The notes under the pieces were generated by a model, which worked only from the letters and a program-made list of their open reading frames with translations, had not been told where the DNA came from and did not search any database. Shown piece by piece: positions 58,328 through 64,000 of a stretch of DNA of 64,000 bases; the stretch's first letter is position 1, and each line of letters opens with the position of its first letter. The translations under genes and the position numbers were made by a program. Source of the DNA: an uncultured Fibrobacteraceae bacterium. Lineage in GTDB: Bacteria; Krumholzibacteriota; Krumholzibacteriia; LZORAL124-64-63. The stretch is taken from assembly GCA_964524645.1 (NCBI GenBank), contig CAZGEC010000023.1, forward strand, positions 618-64,617. The letters are read 5' to 3'.

Positions 58328-60982
58328 GTGGTGCCCCGTCGTCGCGCCCTCCGGTTCTGGCTCGTGGTCCTGTCGCTGGCGGCCGGTCTCGTCGCGCCCC
58401 CCGACCCGATCGCGGCCGAGTCCCTCTCGGCGCTGTACAGCTACCAGTACGAGAGCGACTACCTGCCCACCACCCCCAGCGTCAGCGGCGGGGCCGTCGG
58501 CGGCTTCGCCAATCCGGCGGCCTTCGCCACGGGCGACCGCCTGGAGACGGCCTTCTGGTGGAACGACCGCGGCCTCGAACCGAACACCCTGGACAACTGG
58601 GGCTTCGCCATCGGACACCATCTCGGTTTCGCCTTCAACCACCAGACGCTGGGGACCGCCCACGACGTCACGCACGTGGACGACTACCTGCTCGCCCTGG
58701 CCCTCGGGAACCGTCGCAATCACTTCGGCCTCGGTTACCGCTGGTCCCGCGGAGGCTCGGACCGCATGCCGCGCGAGGACGCCCTCGTGCTCGGCCTGAT
58801 CGAGCGTCCCAACCGCTACTACTCCTTCGGCATCTCGGCCCTGACCTCCGTGGAATCGGACACGCTGCTGGGACTGGTGGACATGGGATTTCGCCCGCTG
58901 GGCAGTGATCTGCTGACCGTCTTCGGGGACTACATCCTGGCGGGCGGCGGCTATCCGTCCGCCGGGCGCTGGGGGGCGGGTGTGGAGATCCGGCCGCTGG
59001 CCGGCCTGCACCTGGGGGTCAAGTTCCGCGGCGTGTCGGGAACGGACGAAGACTATCGCTTCGTCTTCAACGTGGGTGTCACTTTGGGCGGCTACGGCTT
59101 CCACGTCCTGCCCAGTTACGACGGGGAGCGAGACAGGAACGAGACGACCTTCCTGTTGCGCACCGGCGCCTCCTATCCCAGCCTGCCGTTGAAGCCGGAC
59201 CTGCTGCCGCAGCCGGCGCGCTGGGTGCCGATCAACCTCGAGGGCAAGCGGATCACCTACCAGACGTACCGCTGGTTCGAGAAGAAGCGGGTGGCCTGGC
59301 TGGACCTGGCCCGTTTCCTCGATGCGCTGCGTGACGACGAGCGCGTGGCCGGGGTGGCCCTGAATCTCGCCGGCACGAGCATGCGACCTTCCATCGCCTG
59401 GGAGCTGCACGGCAAGCTCATGGACCTGAAGGACGCCGGCAAGGAGATCGTGATCCACATCGACCGGACCGGCATGCTGGGCTTCGCCGTGGCGTCGGTC
59501 GCCGACCGGTTGACCCTGGATCCCCAGGGCCAGCTCATGCTGACCGGGGTGTCGCTGAAGCGCACCTACCTGAAGGGCACGCTGGACAAGCTGGGAGTCG
59601 GCTTCCAGGCGTTCCGGTACCTCCGTTTCAAGTCGGCCATGGAGGTCTTCTCGCGCACCGACATGAGCGCGGCCGACCGCGAGCAGCGGCAGGCCGTCGT
59701 CGATGCGTTCTACGGCACCGTGCGAGACGAGGTGAGCGAGGGCCGCCCGATGCAGCCGGCCCGGTTCGACTCGGTCGTGAACGACCAGGCCATGGTGATC
59801 GCGCCGGTGGCCCTGCGTCTGGGGCTGGTGGACGCCCTGGCGCGCTGGCCGGACGTACAGGACTGGCTCGCCGAGCATCGCGGCGGTCGCTTCTGGATCC
59901 CGCCGCGCGAGGGACGCTTTCGCAGCTACCGCGAGGAGGTCTGGGGCCCGCTACCCAGGATCGTCGTCGTCTACGCCGTCGGCGAGTGCGCCATGGACAC
60001 CGGCATCAAGGGACGGGCCACCTCTGCGTACCTGCGGGAGCTGGCCCGGGACCCGGAGGTGGCGGCGGTCGTGCTGCGGGTCGATTCTCCGGGGGGCGAT
60101 CCGCTCCCCAGCGACCTCGTGGCTGCGGCCGTCCGCAGGCTGCAGAAGGCCGGCAAGCCGGTCATCGTCAGCCAGGGCGACGTGGCAGCCTCGGGGGGTT
60201 ACTGGATCAGCATGGACGGCGACGCCATCCTGACCACGCCGTTGACCATCACTGGCTCCATCGGCGTCATCGCCGGCTGGTTCTGGGACGACGGGATCGG
60301 CGCGAAGCTGGGGCTGAGCGCCGACGGCGTGGCCCGGGGGGAGCATGCCGATCTCTTCAGCGGCCTGCGCTTCCCGCTCCTGGGCCAGACCCTGCCGGAG
60401 CGGCCGCTGGATACGGAGGAGCTGGAGCTGGTTCGCGCGCTCATGCTGGAGCTGTACGACGAGTTCGTGGCCAAGGTGGCGGCCGGGCGGCATCTGGACG
60501 AGGACCGGGTGTTCGAGCTCGCCGAGGGGCGGGTCTGGATGGGGGACGCGGCGCTGGCCCGCGGCCTCGTCGATGCGGTTGGGGGACTGTCGGACGCCAT
60601 CGCCCTGGCCCGCGAAAAGGCCGGCCTCGCGGCGGACGCCGAGGTGAAGATCGTCGAGTACCCGCCGCGCCCTCTCTTCCCCTGGCCGCACTTCGGCCCG
60701 GAACTGCCGCGTCTCTTCGGCCTGCTGCGGTCCGCCGCCGCCCACCTGGACGGCGCCGGCGACGATCTCACCGCCCTGGCAACCCTGTCCGCGGCGGATG
60801 GCGGCGCGGAAGGGATCGCGCCGATGGCGTCGGCGCTCGGGGAGGTCGCGAATTCCGTGCCGGAGGACGAGGACCCCGATCCCGACCTGCTCTATTTGCG
60901 GATCCTCGCCCGCTCGGCCGGAGCGCCCGTGCTGGTGATGCCGCCGGGCCTGCGGCCGGAGGTCGAGGACGCGAGGCGCTGA
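58328..60982 (+). CDS. sppA: Signal peptide peptidase SppA (S49) with an N-terminal beta-barrel-like domain
   Basis: RBS GAGGAGG before GTG 58328; S49 motifs RFKSA, LRVDSPGG, VAASGGYW, TGSIGV, GRVW.G; the preceding ~260 aa are amphipathic beta strands with an NPA motif. Confidence 0.88.
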   Translation: MVPRRRALRFWLVVLSLAAGLVAPPDPIAAESLSALYSYQYESDYLPTTPSVSGGAVGGFANPAAFATGDRLETAFWWNDRGLEPNTLDNWGFAIGHHLGFAFNHQTLGTAHDVTHVDDYLLALALGNRRNHFGLGYRWSRGGSDRMPREDALVLGLIERPNRYYSFGISALTSVESDTLLGLVDMGFRPLGSDLLTVFGDYILAGGGYPSAGRWGAGVEIRPLAGLHLGVKFRGVSGTDEDYRFVFNVGVTLGGYGFHVLPSYDGERDRNETTFLLRTGASYPSLPLKPDLLPQPARWVPINLEGKRITYQTYRWFEKKRVAWLDLARFLDALRDDERVAGVALNLAGTSMRPSIAWELHGKLMDLKDAGKEIVIHIDRTGMLGFAVASVADRLTLDPQGQLMLTGVSLKRTYLKGTLDKLGVGFQAFRYLRFKSAMEVFSRTDMSAADREQRQAVVDAFYGTVRDEVSEGRPMQPARFDSVVNDQAMVIAPVALRLGLVDALARWPDVQDWLAEHRGGRFWIPPREGRFRSYREEVWGPLPRIVVVYAVGECAMDTGIKGRATSAYLRELARDPEVAAVVLRVDSPGGDPLPSDLVAAAVRRLQKAGKPVIVSQGDVAASGGYWISMDGDAILTTPLTITGSIGVIAGWFWDDGIGAKLGLSADGVARGEHADLFSGLRFPLLGQTLPERPLDTEELELVRALMLELYDEFVAKVAAGRHLDEDRVFELAEGRVWMGDAALARGLVDAVGGLSDAIALAREKAGLAADAEVKIVEYPPRPLFPWPHFGPELPRLFGLLRSAAAHLDGAGDDLTALATLSAADGGAEGIAPMASALGEVANSVPEDEDPDPDLLYLRILARSAGAPVLVMPPGLRPEVEDARR

Positions 60983-61052
60983 ACCGGGAGGAACGAGCCC
61001 GGTCAATCCGGCCGGAGCGTGACGATCCGTGCCCGATCCGACGCGGCCGCGG

Positions 61053-62981
61053 TCACCGCCGGGGCTTCAGGGACGGTGCGCCGCGAATCCCCCCGCAGCC
61101 GATTCCCTGGGCTCCGATCGGGCCGCAAGCCGCGCCGGACGGGTGCTGGCCGGGCGCGCAGGGGGACGCGGCCTGCAAGCCGTAGTCCCCCGACCCGGGC
61201 GCGCCGCAGAAGAGCGGGTCCTGGCTGAAATTCCCCCCCAGGTCGGTCGTTTCCAGGGGCAGGGTGTCGCCGCCGGTTCCCGTGTTGCCATAGACGTCGC
61301 AGCAGCCGATCTCGATGGTGCCGGTGGAGCCCGTCTCGCGCCCGAAGCGGATGCCCCCGCCGCCCTGCGAGAAGGCGACGATGGTGTTCTCGAGCCGGAG
61401 GCTGCGATCGCTGGCGTAGTGGTAGACGCGGATGCCGCCCGCGATGCCGCCGAGCCCCACCGAGTTCTCCACGATGCTGCACTCGACGATGGACGAGGGG
61501 TGCACGTCGCCGCAGTAGAAGCCGCCGCCTTTGTCGCGCGCATGGTTCCGGTACACCAGACAACGCTCGCAGCGGAAGGTGGCGTTGGCGGCGTAGACGG
61601 CGCCGCCGACCTCGCGGGCCGTGTTGTCGCGGAACGTGCAATCGGTGAACGTGGCGCTGGGCTCGCTGTTGAACAGACCGATGGCGCCCCCGTACTCGGC
61701 CTCGTTCTGCTCGAAGAGGCAGTTCTCGACCACCGGCTCCCCCCAGCCGGCCTGGGCGATGGCGCCGCCGAAGCGGGCGCGGTTGCCCCGGAAGATGCAG
61801 TTGCGGATGAAGGGGGAGTTCAGATGATAGGTGAGTCCGCCTCCGACGCTGTCCGTGCTGCCGACGGTCCAGCCGTTGCCGCCGGTGATGGTGAAGCCCT
61901 CGATGGTGATGCCCAGGTGGTAGTCTCCGAAGCCCTGGAGCATGAACACCCGATCCTGATCCTCGGCGTCGATGATCGTCTGCTCGGGTCCGGCCTCGCT
62001 GCAGAGCGTGAAGACACCCTGCTCGTCGTTTCGCGGGAAGAACAACATGCCCCAGCTGGGCACGCCGTCGCCCTGGTTGCTCCAGGTGTAGCGACCGGGA
62101 GCGACCAGCACCACGTCTCCGTTCCGGGCCGAGTCCACGCAGGCCGAGCGGATGGTCGGGGCATCGCCGGTCCCGTCCACGGTGACGTACCAGGTGCGAT
62201 GCGCGGGGGTGGTGATCGACGCGACGTTGGAGAGCTCGGAGCTGTTGCCGTGCTCATCCACGGCGACGAGGGCGAACCAGTATTGCGTGGCGAGGTCCAG
62301 CCCGCGGGCTCTGATCTGTTCCCGGGTCCCGGGCGATCCGGGCGGGAAGGCCGCGAAGCTCAGCGGAGCCGCCTGCGGCCAGCTCTGTGCGGTCAGGGGG
62401 GAGCCGGCCCGGCGGATGTCGTAGGAGTCGATGCTGCCGAGCGCGCCGTCGTCCCCCGGGGCGGTCCAGCTCAGCAGGATCCTGCCGTAGGCGTCGACCT
62501 GGACCTGCAGATCGGTCACGTCGGCCGGAGGTGTGGTGTCGAGCAGCGGGTCGGCCGTGGCCACGACCGCGTTGGACGGCGGCGACCAGTTGGCCGCCTC
62601 GTCGGCGGCTCGCAGGCGGAAGACGTAGACCAGACCGGCGCTCAGGCCGGCCGCCCGGATCGTGTCCGGCGCCCCGCCGGGCCGCGGCGCGGGCTCCCGC
62701 CCGATCCGGCTCCATCCGGCCCAGTCATCCGGATTGGCCGGAAAAACGGCGGAACGGAGCTCGTATTCCGCGGCCCGGCCGGTGGCGCCGTCGTCGCCCG
62801 GAGCGGTGAAGACGAGGGTCACCGTCGAATCGTCCGCGGCCACCGCGGTCAGGTCGACGACGGCGGCGGGCGGAGTGAGGTCCCGATCCGGGGAGGCCGG
62901 CCCGCCGTCACCGCCGCAGCCGGCCAGGAGAGAGAAGAGGCCGATCGACACCGCCAGGAGCCCGCAGTGACAGAAACGCAT
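61053..62981 (-). CDS. Lipoprotein with two fibronectin-III-like domains and a parallel beta-helix domain
   Basis: Lipobox LAGC; two DxTPPA.V.DL...WTAPGDDG repeats; GGAI/GGAV/GGGF beta-helix repeats; DPLFC. Confidence 0.8.
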   Translation of the reverse strand: MRFCHCGLLAVSIGLFSLLAGCGGDGGPASPDRDLTPPAAVVDLTAVAADDSTVTLVFTAPGDDGATGRAAEYELRSAVFPANPDDWAGWSRIGREPAPRPGGAPDTIRAAGLSAGLVYVFRLRAADEAANWSPPSNAVVATADPLLDTTPPADVTDLQVQVDAYGRILLSWTAPGDDGALGSIDSYDIRRAGSPLTAQSWPQAAPLSFAAFPPGSPGTREQIRARGLDLATQYWFALVAVDEHGNSSELSNVASITTPAHRTWYVTVDGTGDAPTIRSACVDSARNGDVVLVAPGRYTWSNQGDGVPSWGMLFFPRNDEQGVFTLCSEAGPEQTIIDAEDQDRVFMLQGFGDYHLGITIEGFTITGGNGWTVGSTDSVGGGLTYHLNSPFIRNCIFRGNRARFGGAIAQAGWGEPVVENCLFEQNEAEYGGAIGLFNSEPSATFTDCTFRDNTAREVGGAVYAANATFRCERCLVYRNHARDKGGGFYCGDVHPSSIVECSIVENSVGLGGIAGGIRVYHYASDRSLRLENTIVAFSQGGGGIRFGRETGSTGTIEIGCCDVYGNTGTGGDTLPLETTDLGGNFSQDPLFCGAPGSGDYGLQAASPCAPGQHPSGAACGPIGAQGIGCGGIRGAPSLKPRR

Positions 62982-63164
62982 GGACGCCTCCAGGAGATGG
63001 ACCGGAGCCAGACCTCACGCAACGTGTCGGGGAAACGGTGTGCGGGCGAGGTTCACATATGGATACCGAAACACCGCGACCCGGGCAAGAGGGCCTCGCT
63101 CCGGAGACCGGCGACTGCCGGCGGCGGCCTGGCCGCCGCTCGAGACGCTCCGCGGCGACCCGGC

Positions 63165-64000
<836 letters not shown>

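Overview
High-GC bacterial chromosomal window with about 45 supportable genes. No rRNA, tRNA, CRISPR array or transposase was seen. Three proteins carry FlgD-Ig/T9SS-type-A-like C-terminal domains, which suggests an FCB-group lineage such as Krumholzibacteriota, Latescibacterota or Eisenbacteria (inference). Main blocks: B12-radical SAM + GNAT cassette between two paralogous secreted-protein genes; Rieske/cytochrome b/nonaheme cytochrome c operon; dsrTMKJOP with no dsrAB or dsrC nearby; dus, metH-metF; hemerythrin; helical protein + HD-GYP pair; TolC-MFP-RND efflux operon; ric; TonB-dependent receptor; SppA fused to a beta-barrel-like domain; many secreted hydrolases. The best unexplained signals are: (1) a C-terminal S-[WF]-G-x-[IV]-K-x-L-Y-R motif on three unrelated secreted proteins (candidate sorting signal); (2) a 14-16 bp palindrome, TT(C/T)A(C/T)CC(G/A)GGT(G/A)AA, in 5 copies, one inside a CDS (parS/matS-like behaviour, different sequence); (3) a structured metH leader whose 5' end can bury the RBS and start codon; (4) a shared ~42 bp operator before two di-iron protein genes; (5) the barrel-SppA fusion; (6) a Rex-like operator before dsrT; (7) conserved ATCTCGCCC direct-repeat promoters. 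All product calls come from motif recognition by eye; no database search was run.
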